Source: Magallana gigas (Eukaryota). From it: 64,000 bases of DNA. Each line of letters starts with the position of its first letter. The stretch's first letter is position 1. Position numbers and translations under genes: made by a program. A model generated the notes under the pieces. The model was not told where the DNA came from. It ran no database searches and worked only from the letters and a program-made list of their open reading frames with translations. The stretch spans positions 66,092,001 through 66,156,000 of the forward strand of contig NC_088853.1 of NCBI RefSeq assembly GCF_963853765.1, in the 5' to 3' direction. Positions 1 through 12,268 of the stretch are shown in pieces.

Positions 1-169
1 TTTGTAAATATATGAACGCACTGCAGCATATCTTTGTAATGTAAATAAATTCGGGTAAATGGAGCAACATCTTTCTTTAAAACAAGTACTGCTCTCCAAC
101 AAGCTGACTTTCTACTTTGCATGACACCCCCTCCCCTCCAAAAGTATGAAAAAGAAAACAGGATATGCA

Positions 170-2110
170 ACGCAATGTAAGTAAAGGGAATCATCAGTTT
201 GGACTTAAACAAATAAATGCATTCCTATAGCTAGAATGTTTACTGAAAAAACTAAATCGCCAAAGTGGGGTGTGACCCGATTTTCGATCAGTCGGGCAAT
301 TTCAATCATTTAGAAATGGCACAAAACTCGCGTGTCTTACTAAATGTACATTGATACTATATTTAACATTTGCTAGTCAAGTGTGTTAATTCGATAGATT
401 TTATCTAAACCATTCGATTCAAAGTATTATATATATAGTTGTTACATAACAAATGTCAAAAAATTCATTTGAACCCCTCCTCATGGATCTATGTAAATGG
501 ATGAGTTCATTCAAACCATTATATCGAGATCTCAGCCGTTGCGTGAATGGTGCAGCAGGACTTTGCTCCAAAATGTCTCATTTATAGTTTCTGTGCGCCG
601 AGTAGTGGTCGAGTCTAAATTTGGATAACAGAAGAATACTCCAGAGCACACCGTGTATACACATCACGGGCACGTAGCATCAGGGGTGGGGGATGGGGAG
701 TTGTGGAGCGGGGGGGGGGGAGGCTGCTCCCCCCATTTTTTTTTTATTTTGCAGCAGATACGTTTCTTAACTTTACATTTATAACAAGCATCCTGAGAGT
801 ATTGCATAAGTAATACACGTCCCCTACCGGACAAATTTTGTGCGTTTTTAATTTATAAAAAATAAAAATAATTGTTTTTGATTTTACTTTTGAAGCTTAC
901 CTCTTTTGACTTGGTTAAAAAAATAATATTGTAGAGTTTTGTTTTCATTTAATTAAATTCCGTAATAGTGTTTTGTGATAAAAGGGATAGAATTACAATA
1001 ACATTTTGCATGTATACCTATCACTGCGTTTAATATGTATGTACTAATGAAGAACATAATTAAATCTAGAATAATCACTATATTTTACTACATGTATGAG
1101 ATTATGTAATAAATACACTTTAGACTTTTAGTTCACCTAATAGAATATTTCCCATGACTTTGAATTTTACAAGTTCTAGTGAAAATTTACCATTTGAACG
1201 AATCTCTCTTAAGATAATGTATTCTATATTATTTGATAAAAAAAGGGATAAACAAGCAATATATGTTCCCTAGTCCGACTTGATTTTTTTCATTTAGTAT
1301 CAATTTTGCTCGTGAATTTAATGCCATCCGGTGAAAAAACAACTTTCTGTTCAGCAAATTTGAAAGTACATATTTTACGTTGTGTATTTTTGTCCGTAAT
1401 CAATCTATTTGATTCCAGTTCTAGATAAAATAAGATGTTAATGTGATGCGGAATACATTTTCCTAAATTTAAATATTGTTAAAAATTGTATGTAACTACC
1501 AGTTAACACATATCACATGTATATGATGACATTGATTTTTTTTCAATTCAAATGTTTAATACTTTGTTTCTATAAATTGAAATGCGTTCCATATGCTTTG
1601 CATTATCAAGTTGTATGCAGTTTAACTCATTACATAAACAAATTAGACAACACGTAGGAAATGCATGTTTGCTGTTTTCCGACCACCTGTTTCAAAATTA
1701 AGTTTTATACAATTATAATTTCAACTAAGAAAACAAAAACATATCTTCCATTTAAACTTATAATACTAATTCGAAAGAAGATAAATATTGCAAAACATCC
1801 TTTTTTTGTTTTTGATTTATATCTGAACGGGGAAGTTTTTTCTTAAAGACAAAAATAATAAAGTTTCTTCGCCAAGTGGTTGACATGTGGTCGGAAACAA
1901 ATTCGGCCAAGATAAGTACTAAAATAGATAACACAAGTGAGTGCACGTGCTGCCATCAATGTTTCTTCCTTGAAGCCATTTTAGACTGTGTTTGTAAATC
2001 GTAATATGCCATGGCTTTGATAAAGCAGTCTTGTGTATGTATATGTGTCATTATTAACAACATTTGACCATACAGCTGAAACCTCTTTAACACATGAGAG
2101 GCCTATCATG
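170..2110. repeat. Dispersed repeat block shared with the right end of the window
   Basis: 170-1700 matches 62885-63965 (with a deletion); 1590-2110 matches 61595-62570. Confidence 0.85.
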
Positions 2111-2539
2111 AAAGCACTGCTCGTGAAGAATATAATGACATCTAAAATAATCACTGTATTATTTAATAATTCATGTTTAAGTCGATAACACGCCTTTGAT
2201 TAGTTATTTCAAAAAGATATAAAGTGTAGAGATTTGTTTTGATTTCTTTTAATCACATTCTATATGTGTGTGTTTACCCATGAAGAATATTATGACATCT
2301 AAAATAACCACTGCATTATTTAAATGTTAAAACTCTAATAGTTTTATTATTCTTTAGATATTTGTACTTTATAGTTGGTGGTTTATTTGAGTCTCACGAT
2401 TTTACTAAAGTTAAAGTCAGAAAATATTTGATCTGCAGACAATTATATATAGACAATTTAACTCTACAAGATCTACTGAAAATTGACTACTTGACCGGCT
2501 TTCTCTTTCCAGAATGCATTTTAAATTATTCGATAAAAA

Positions 2540-5330
2540 TTAAGTGATATACATATTTTAAAAATTTGTTAATTTATGAATTTTCATATCTTAAAAAAAA
2601 TACAGACTTCTTGTAAAGTTTCGACAAGCTTGCTTAATAACGCAAGAAGGTATTCAATTTGGTCGGCCAGGTATCATATCATGGTCCTATAGTTACTCAA
2701 GTGTAAATTGTTTTACAGTCAACCCATTCACATTGTCACAAAGACAGCTACAATAGTTGGCCTCTTCAACACCCTCTACCATTGTTAGGTTTTCTATTTA
2801 TAGGCTTGGGTAAAGTATATTAAACCTGGCAAGCACTTCAGTTTTGTTCAGAGTAAGTGGGAACAAATCATAAAAGTATTGTAAAAGGCATTTGCAATAA
2901 ACAACAGGTAATTCTTAAAACAATGACTTGAAATAACAAAAGAATCACTTTAAAAAATTGTTGATGGCTTCGTGGTATTATCTAATTCTATTTTAACGTA
3001 TATCATAAGTATAATAATACGTTTTTGTCTACTAATTTATTCTTCGTCTTTTTTTTCTTTTTATCTCGGGGTCACTTTTTTGTTATTAGAGTTATCCTAA
3101 CGATTTAAATTATATGAAATTATTCATTTAAAGTTATGGTACCAAATTACCCACAAGAAATTACAGAGTTATCTCCCTTTGAGTAGGAAATGCGTGTTTT
3201 CTCTACTCCTCCGAAACCATAATAGATAGAAAAATAGAACTGTTTCCAATGTCCTCAGAACACCTTGAGTGTTTTACAATTTATCCATACCAAAAGGATT
3301 TGAGGACACCTTCTAGCAGTTATTGCCTCTGAAAGTATTTAAATTTCCATTAAATCACATCCAACTATTTAAATATATATCATAGATACTTCTGACCACC
3401 TTAGATACGAGCATCTACATTGGCCGATCAAAATGACATAAAGGATAATGGTCAAGGTGAATTGAGAATCTATTCATGAGTTTTTATATTTCATTTGTTA
3501 AGGGTGAGATATAAAACATTTTCATAGATGTAGTAGGACATTTTAAGACATTTTAGTCCCCTACCAGTTTCATCGGAGGGGACTCAAGCTTTCCTCGGAG
3601 TCTGTCTGTCCGCCCGTCTGTCTTTCTCACTTCAGTTTCTTCTGAACAGCTTTAAACTGTCAAAATACATATCATGTTTACACTTTTGTAGCGTCTGGTT
3701 GACATATTTACGAGAAAAAATAATTCTTTATATAACATTTTTGAATAAGTATGTCACAAATAAGATAACTTTATTACTATGCCCTGACAATTGCTGAATC
3801 ACACCGGAAACAGTTATATTGCCCTCCCGGAAACAGTTATATTTCACAGGAAATAGTTATATTGCCCTCCGGAAACTGTAATATCACCATCGCGTGCAAG
3901 AATTCTGCATATTAATTACGTCGGGTTCGAAATTCAACGAGCCAGTTGCTAAGCAAACGTAAACCGATCAGCGAATTTTAAACATGTCAGGCCAACGTCT
4001 GCGGTTTGTTCATCTAAATTCAGAGGAACTATCATTAAGAATCAATGATCAGCGTATTACTTGACGTTTTGCATTGTACATTGACTAAATATGAGCATGT
4101 GCCATTAAATACTCTTGTGAATTAAATGAATATTTTGATTACCCGAGTTTGATTTGTTTAAAAATGTTATATATCATATATTACATGTTTTCTCGGGCAA
4201 CAATACCAGAATATTTGTCCGTCGTTGACAGGAAAGCCCTGGAGTGTTATGTCGCCCTCTGCCTTCGGCGAGAAGCCATGTAATATATGTATAATATTCC
4301 ATTTTTTCAATGTTTTGGTTCGTTATCGGGTTCTATTCTTATTGGATATACGAGGCCAGTATGTGGTCAGTATTGATATCTTGCGTTACTAGTCCATTCC
4401 TCTTATCATTTCTAAAAAACAAATAAATTATGTAGAATAGTGTCAAACATGGTGTTGTTACTTTAATCGGCACATTTGTTTTTGGATTATTACAATGTGT
4501 TTCATTATCGGGTTGAATAAAGCATAACATCTCGTTTATAACAGTTCTAAATAGGTGTATGCACCGAAGCTTCCACGGTATAGTACAAATCAGTAGGGGA
4601 CGTGTATTGCTTATGCCGTACTCTCAGAATGCGTGTAAATATAGCCCTACGGCTCCTACCTTAAAATAGTTGCACAGGTGTTGCCCTATTGTACGAAATG
4701 CTTGTTACCGCTACTCCCCAGAAACCATAAGGATAGAGACTTAGATAGTTTACCAATGACTTCAGTACACATAAAGGGTTCTTCATTATATTTATACCGA
4801 AAAGATCTGAGGCCCCCTTTTAGTAGTTATTTCCCCTGAAAGTATTCAAATATCAATAACATCGCTTTAAACTGTTTAATATATATCAAAAGGACTTTGG
4901 TTCTTTAAAATGGGAGCGTCTACCCTGGTCGAACAAATAAACATTAAAGTCAAGGTCTCGGTCTTTTTAAAAATCTTCATATCTTGAGAAATATAGAATT
5001 TTTGTAAAGTGTTCAATAGCTTGTTGGTCTGGGCAATAATGTATTTAATTTGGTCAGTCAGGTATCACATCATGGTCCTGTGGTTACTCAAGTGTAAATT
5101 GTTTTGACAGTCAACCCATTCATATTGTACAAAGAGAGCTAGCCTTTAGAACACTCTCGTTTATCGTTAGATTTTATATTTATAGCCATGTGTAAAGAAT
5201 ATTCACCTTGGGAGTACATCAGTTTTGTTCAAAGTAAGTAGGAACAAATCAGAAAAGTAACCGAAAGACATTTACGATAAACAACAGGGAGTTCTCAAAG
5301 CAACGGGTTGAAAAAAAATGTAATTAATTG
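2540..5330. repeat. Two diverged fragments of one interspersed repeat (~2540-2960 and ~4950-5330)
   Basis: Shared GGTATCA..TCATGGTCCT.TAGTTACTCAAGTGTAAATTG...GTAAGT.GGAACAAATCA core. Confidence 0.7.
3552..4640 (+). mobile_element. Degenerate HINE-type element with a nested unrelated insertion (~3770-4540)
   Basis: TTTTAGTCCCCTACC...GGGGACT start with GTCT/GTCC microsatellite; GTAGGGGACGTGTATTGCTTATGC end; the same end appears in reverse at ~780-835 and ~63495-63545. Confidence 0.5.
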
Positions 5331-5725
5331 AAAAATGACAATACTGTAACAAACCGTGAATCGTCTCAAAAATCCATAAAACGAAATACAAATTCAAAGC
5401 AGAGCAACACGGACTTAGATAGAGGTAGGACCAGGTGCCAATGAAGAGTGAGCATCCTCTGCTGACCGGTCTCATCCGCCGTCTGCTCTTTGTCGTAATG
5501 GGGAAACAAATCTAAATATTAGAATGAAAAACGTCAGTTAGCATGCAACCCAGTGGCAAATTGTAGTTGGTGACAAGGTCGTTGTATCGACCATAGAACT
5601 TACGAAAAGATGACTGTTGATAGTCCTGTTTAATCAACTTGTTTGTTTTAAAAAATGGTTGATGGATTCGTAGTTAGTTTCTCAATTTCACTAACGACAT
5701 ATATTACAAGTATAATGATATTAAC

Positions 5726-5853
5726 TTATTAGGTTTGCTACTGACTGTTTACATATGTTTGTAGCGTCGGTAAAGTCCCTTGAAGGCGAGGCTGAGTCGA
5801 TGGACTTTACTGACCCAAAACATTGTAAACAGTCAGACAAAAATACTTAATAA
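5726..5853. repeat. Degenerate long hairpin of the same general type
   Basis: Imperfect ~50-bp arms around CTTGAAGGCGAGGCTGAGTCGAT. Confidence 0.55.
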
Positions 5854-6659
5854 GTTTTTTGTTTTGTGGAGGACCGAAAGTGTGATATGTAAACAAAAAA
5901 AGATAATATGTAACAATTAAATTCATAGCTTAATTCTCTAATTTCGCTACCTTCCACCTCAGACGTCTGTGCAAACATGGATGCTATTGTAGGACCGTAA
6001 TATTACGTCACGGGTTCACTCTAAATATTTTGGGGCTTAAACATTATATGTAAAGGTATGGTTGAACGTTTGAATATAAAATCAGCTCAAATAACGTTAG
6101 GTCTGGCATGTTGCTGTTTAAATTTTGACGCTCGCCGTGTTAAGAAATTTTTAAGGCTATCACGTGACACGATTCATCAAATGACATCAATTCATTCTAG
6201 TCCGAGGCAAAACGATAAGTTTTTATATACCTTATTAAGCGTTTTAGCAAGTGATTAAAACTATTAAGGTGGGAAGACCTCTAATTGTTCAAGAACAATT
6301 AGTATACTAGTTTTTCTTGTGACGCTTACACATAATTTAGCTCCATATTATCTTAAACAAATGTTACTTGTTCCATTTTAAGTAATTGTCCGAGCCTAAC
6401 CAACAATAAAAGATTAATAATAAAAAAAAACCCAGAAAAGGCATTGAGAAAAGTATTGATACGATTACATTTCTTGAGTATACAAACATCTAATCCAATA
6501 AATATATGCTTAAAAGAAAACTATTCTCCACAAGAATTATTAGCCGCTTTAATAAATACCCCAGGGACGCCGACGGATCAGACGAGAAAAGAAAACTGTT
6601 GTATTCGTCCATAGCCCAACAACTGCAGCGTAAAGAAAAAAACAAATACAATGTTTGAA

Positions 6660-7640
6660 TTTAATTCACTTTATTACGAGTAATGGATTAGAAAAATTTT
6701 AGAATATGGTCGGTGTAATCCCGGAATTTGATGACACCCTTATTAAAATCATCAAAGGAACGCGCAGATCTAAGACGCACTTTCAAGCGTTTTCTTCAAT
6801 CTAGTGCAAGTACATGAAAATAACTTAAAATCAAATACTTGCATGCAAATTGGAAAGCAGAAGGTACATATTTAAAATTTATTTTGTATTTGTTACATTA
6901 AGATGTAAAAAAGGTGCGATTTTTTTTTTAATTTATGGTGATATCAAAACAACAAATATTATAAAAAGATAATATGTGTTTTTTTAAAACTCTACTTATT
7001 TTTCATTTTATCAGAGTTATTCGATATGATTGGCTAATAGCTTAATAGCTAATAGCCTAGCAATTGTTGTAAACAAACTAAATACCTTTAATGTAGACCC
7101 TACAAATAGGCACGTCAGTTCGATGAGCTTATAAAAAAAACAATGTAGATCACTTAGTTATTTCTCATAACCAAGGAGAAAGTTTAGTATTATTCCGAAA
7201 TAAATCATTAATATGCATAACCATATGATTTGATTATCGTTGCAACGTCGTTTTTTGATTGACTATACTTATTCATCTTTATAACTTCCCTACGTTACAA
7301 TTCGACTTGCTATCTGATTTTATTGAATTTGACATGTTACCTTGTGAGGTATAGGAAAAATTATATTGAACTGACCGTTTTTTTTTCCGGATTGAATACT
7401 TGTGACGGTAAAACAACAGTAAAAGTATTATATTAAGATAGACAGCAGGGTCCCATTTCATTCAAAGGCAGACTTATTTCCCGAAGCGTAGAAAGAGGTT
7501 TTTTTTTTTTTTTTTTGCAGAATTGGAATCTTGCTGACTCCCTCAATGGTATACCTAATTATCAACATGTTTTCTGATAACTATCAAGCTAATTTAAATG
7601 TGAATATAATGTAGTTTGGATTTTGTCATGCACCGTATTT
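6660..7640 (+). pseudogene. piggyBac-like transposase relic, copy a
   Basis: Scattered motifs across frames: FDDTLIKIIKGTRR, NWKAEGTYLKFILYLL, SFKGRL, YFPKRRK...NWNLADS; many stops. Confidence 0.5.
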
Positions 7641-8212
7641 ATTATAAAACCAGAAATAAACAAATGTTTTGAATTTAATTCACTTTATTACGAGTAATGG
7701 ATTAGAAAAATTTTAGAAGATGATCGGTGTAATCCCGGGATATTTTAGTTTTCAATTGATGACACCCCTATTAAATTCATCAAAGGAACGCGCAGATCTA
7801 AGACGCACTTTCAAGCGTTTTCTTCGATCTAGTGCATGTACATCAATATAACTTAAAATCAAATACTTGCATGCAAGTTGGAAAGCGGAAGGTACACATT
7901 TAAAATTTATTTTGTATTTGTTACATTAAGATGTAAAATCAAAAGCATTTATGTTATTTTCAACAATTAGAAATAGGATAGGATATTGAAGCACGTAGCA
8001 TTGTTTTTTTTCTTAAAATGGGGAAGAGGGGCGCTTCTTAAAAAATGAACTAGCAATTTGAATAAGCAAGAGATTCTCAAAATCAATAATGAAAGTTCGA
8101 ATCCATGTGTGCGTGTGGGAGGGTAGGGGGTAGTTTGATTGTTACATCACCTTTAACATGTTTATGATCTGTGAATGTAAATGTTGGCCCATATAACATG
8201 CACCGGTTTATT

Positions 8213-8790
8213 TGAGCATTGAATGCATATTTTGGATGTCGTCGGTCCTATGACACAACACGCAGTGCAGACAAATTGAATAGCGCGCGTTAGCGCGGTA
8301 CGATAATTTGTCTGCACCGCTTGGTGTGTCATAGGACCGACGACAACCATAAAATAGGCATTTAATGCTTATATTTATATTTTCATACCGATGTGTATTT
8401 GTGTGAAATATAATTGTGTATCGCCGCTTTGAAGCCAATTCTACGCTCTTAGTCAGGGATTTGAAACATACATGGAACAGTCATATTAATATGTTGTTTA
8501 CTTTGCTTCCGCGATAAAAAATATAGTGCCAGAAACTCTCTGGGGAAAAAGCTGTTTTTATAAAGGAGTAGATTTATATTAATTATAATGTTTCAAACGT
8601 ACATCACAAATTGATAATATAAGATTAAAAGGTGCATTTAATCTTACAAAAAAAAAATAAGTTCAAAACACGTGGAGACGTTTGTATATGCGCTCACGGC
8701 GCGTGATATAGCAAAGTGTATTCATAGAAAGTTGAACGTCGCATATTTCCAATGCAAACATTAGGGAAAATATTGACTAAATGTAAATAT
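8213..8790 (+). mobile_element. Terminal-hairpin element related to 47626-48204
   Basis: Arms 8215-8277 and 8305-8369 around a 27-nt spacer nearly identical to that at 47694; right end inferred from AATGTAAATAT at ~8780. Confidence 0.6.
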
Positions 8791-8917
8791 CTTTTTTTAA
8801 ATATATTGATATTGCCTGCACTGTTTCGGAGAAGGCGACTTTCAAACCTTTCTTTTCTATTTTCCTTTTAAGCGTTTTTATTAACAAAAGACTGATGATA
8901 GGTGTCATTTTTTAAAG

Positions 8918-9040
8918 GTTGCCCTAGTCTCTTTATAAATGTCCCACAATGCACAAAACCATGTCCATCAATCTATGAAAAATGTTACTCTGGTACAGGG
9001 TTTTGTTCTATATGTAAACCTGGATTTGATGGCGTTGATT
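8918..9040 (+). pseudogene. Gene B EGF-like exon, paralog of 17928-18059 (GCPSLFINVPQCTKPCPSIYEKCYSGTGFCSICKPGFDGVD)
   Basis: AAG acceptor, colinear homology over ~43 aa; one Cys changed to Tyr; the homologous donor is absent and the nearest GTGAGT removes the last Cys. Confidence 0.65.
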
Positions 9041-10006
9041 GTGAGTATCAGCTTATTCTATTACTGTATGAAATATATATATTTTATTTACTATCCATTT
9101 TAACAGGGAATGAATGGTATACCAACTGCAATTGTAAAACATCTTCAACATAAGATTAGAAACATTGAGTGTTAAAACACTTTTCTTCTGAATGAACGAT
9201 AACTATTTTGTTTTGAGAGAAAAAAAAAAGGTGCGATTTTTTTTTGAATTGATGGCGATATCAAAACGACGAATATTTTAAAAAGATAATATGTTTTTTT
9301 AAAACTCTACTCATTTTTCATTTCATCAGAGTAATTCGATATGATTGGCTAATAGCTTAATGGCTAATAGCCTAACAATTATTGTAAACAAACTGAAAAC
9401 CTTTAATGTAGACCAATTCCCTAGGAATAGGCACGTCAGTTCGATGAGCTTATACAAAACAATGTAGATCACTTAGTTATTTCTAATAACCAAGGAGAAA
9501 GTTTAGTATTATTCCGAAATAAATCTTTAATATGCATGACCATATGATTTGATTATCGTTGCAACGATTATCGTTGTTTTTGGATTAACTATATTTATTA
9601 ATCTTTATAATCGACGTGATATCTGATCTTATTGACTTTGACATGTTACCTTGTGAGGTATAGGAAGCATTATATTGAACTGAACTTTTTTTTTCTGATT
9701 GAATACTTGTGACGGTAAAATAAAACAGTAAAAATATTATATTAAGATAGACAGCAAGGTTCCATTTCTCCCAAGGCAAACTTATTTCCCGAAGCGTAGA
9801 AAGATTTTTTTCTTGAAGAATTGGAATCTTGCTGACTCCTTCAATGGTATACCTAATGATCAAAATGTTTCCTAATAACTATTTAGTTATTCAGATGTGA
9901 ATATAATGTAGGTTGGATATTGTCATGCACCGTATTTACTATTTAATCAGAAATATTATTTTTAAGACATAAAGTAGTAGATAACTTTTATTCGTGACGA
10001 CATTAT

Positions 10007-10248
10007 TTAGCGATTTACTGGAGACTGATTAGCGATTTACTGGAGACTGATTAGCGATTTACTGGAGACTGATTAGCGATTTACTGGAGACTGATTAGCG
10101 ATTTACTGGAGACTGATTAGCGATTTACTGGAGACTGATTAGCGATTTACTGGAGACTGATTAGCGATTTACTGGAGACTGATTAGCGATTTACTGGAGA
10201 CTGATTAGCGATTTACTGGAGACTGATTAGCGATTTACTGGAGACTGA
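10007..10248. repeat. 22-bp minisatellite x11 (TTAGCGATTTACTGGAGACTGA) inside a MITE-like element (~9980-10420)
   Basis: Perfect head-to-tail copies with no spacers. Confidence 0.95.
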
Positions 10249-10490
10249 TTTGCGATGACTTATTTTTGGGGAATAAAACTTACATACATTAAAGACTTGT
10301 GTTGTTTTTACAACTTTACTACAAGGGCTGAGTCGCGGCGGGGAATATTCGCGACGACGATGTAATCACGAAAATCGCTAAAGTGTCTCGCTCGCAAATA
10401 AAAATAATTGTAAAAAGTTTACAACTATTTTAATGGTTTATAAGTGCACTCTTTACTTTAACGTTACTATTATATTATTTTATTTTTTAG

Positions 10491-10732
10491 TTTGCCATGC
10501 CCTGGCTAGAACCACCATTGTACCCTCAAGTACGTTTAATGCATCGATATATGATGCCATGACTTCGAGAAATGGATTATCTTTTTCAGAAGCAGACGAA
10601 GATGGTCTCGTATATATCAATCTGTTTTTATCGGGAATGTCTTCAAACCTTGCTAACATATCGTTTGAAATAAATAAGACACACAACGTCACTGTGCTTT
10701 TGTTTCATACAGAAGCTCATGAAATCAAACTG
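10491..10732 (+). pseudogene. Gene B domain X first exon, paralog of 17086-17327 (VCHALARTTIVPSSTFNASIYDAMTSRNG...HEIKL)
   Basis: TAG acceptor, GTGAGT donor, identical 242-nt length, still open. Confidence 0.7.
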
Positions 10733-12118
10733 GTGAGTAAATATTCTTTTTCAAGTGGATCCTCTTTTAAATCGTTAAAAATAAAAAAAAACAGCAATTC
10801 TTATCTCGTGTTATGAAGTGTCTGTCAAAACGTATGGTGATTTTAATTCATTTTTTTAAATAGAATGATACATATAGGATTAATGTGAAGACATTAGATA
10901 AGATTGTTCACCTTTTAATTCACATAAATAAACTATAAAGAGAGAGCTTTTTTAATAATATTTTTTTTCATTTTTTTCGCAATTGACAGTTTTTGTTTGT
11001 CCGTCTGCCTGTCTGTTAGATTTTATTTTTGGGTACATTTTTTTTATCCCCAACACCAATGAGTAAAATTAAATCAAACTTTACGTAAATTATTTTTATG
11101 GGTGGTTGATTTTAAAACTTTAAAGATAAGTAGAATCCGTTTCTTTAAGTCGATAATTAAGCCTGTAGGTTAAGGTAACTCCAAGGTTAATGATCGTCAA
11201 TTTGAATTTCCTTTTTAACAATTGTTTATTTTTTTTATGAAAGCAATTCTAAATATTAATATGAAGTGAATGTGTTCTTTAAAAACAACTATACTTTCAC
11301 TTGTGAATGAAGTCTTTCTGTTAAACTTTCCTTCCATTGCATCACTTGAAAGTAAAACACTACTATTTTACCTTAACAAAAAATCAAATGTGTAAAACTG
11401 CTCTGAAATCATTTTATCTATGATACACTTTTTTTTTTTATCGACAATTAGTTCTTGTTTAATATATACTTTTAGAATGAAATTATTAATCCCTATAAAT
11501 AAACAATATCAGCATTTATCACAAACTCTCTCAAAGTTTGCTGTTTTATTAAACATGCCCCGTAATATTAAGTAACAACAAGTCAAATGTTTTTAGTACG
11601 AACATTCTTAGTGCTATACGTCATTTGCTTTTGATATTTGAAGATTTTTCTTTCATAATACTCGGGGCAGTGTTACATTTTTGTCCTTTTTTTTTGTTTT
11701 ACACTTTTGTAAATCTGAGGAATTTGTATTGGATAAGATGCTTGTGACGTCATCAATATGATACGAAATACTGGTACATGTAAATCAAAAATATACTCAG
11801 CTAGACTAGTTTCTAACAATATTTGATGTACTTTACATAATTTTGAGAATAGATAACGATAAAGAAGACAGGTTTCTTTGGTAAAAGAAAACATCATACT
11901 GCTTATTGTATCGTCAGATTGAACAGTGAAATTTTACTGTGTTCTGCTTCCGTGAAATTAAGTACATCGTTAAATGCCATGAATATATGTTTAGGGATAG
12001 TACGATTCATATTTAAGAATACACTTACTCAAATTCACGCCGACTTGCTAAAAAACTAATTCCCGCCAAATATAAAACGTTTACAATATTTGTTTTTTTT
12101 AACATTTTGACATTACAG

Positions 12119-12268
12119 TATAACGACCACTCTAAGGATCTTGAACGTTGGAAAGTTTCAATGGCAAACAGTGTCTCACGTCGTTATAGTTGTCCACTAT
12201 ACATACCCATTCACTATTTCTAACATGAGACTTCCCTTGAGGAAATGCTTTAAGCATATCAATAATTA
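12119..12268 (+). pseudogene. Gene B domain X second exon, frameshifted (...VSHVVIVVHYTYPFTISNMRLPLRKC)
   Basis: CAG acceptor, GTAAGT donor; homology to FTISNHKLPLKTC appears only in the +1 frame, and the phase-0 frame stops at TAA. Confidence 0.6.

Larger units (their letters stand above)
7665..9950 (+). pseudogene. piggyBac-like transposase relic, copy b, split by a ~1.29-kb insertion (7939-9225)
   Basis: 7665-7938 matches 6655-6908 and 9225-9950 matches 6908-7640; both halves meet at the same A-run. Confidence 0.55.

Noticed and set aside
1758-1946. Signal-peptide-like ORF MHSLVLSILVLILAEF
   Set aside because: The paralog at ~61880-61985 lacks the Met and has an early stop; no downstream exons found
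10007-10248. CRISPR-like array
   Set aside because: Units are contiguous with no unique spacers; eukaryotic context and no cas genes
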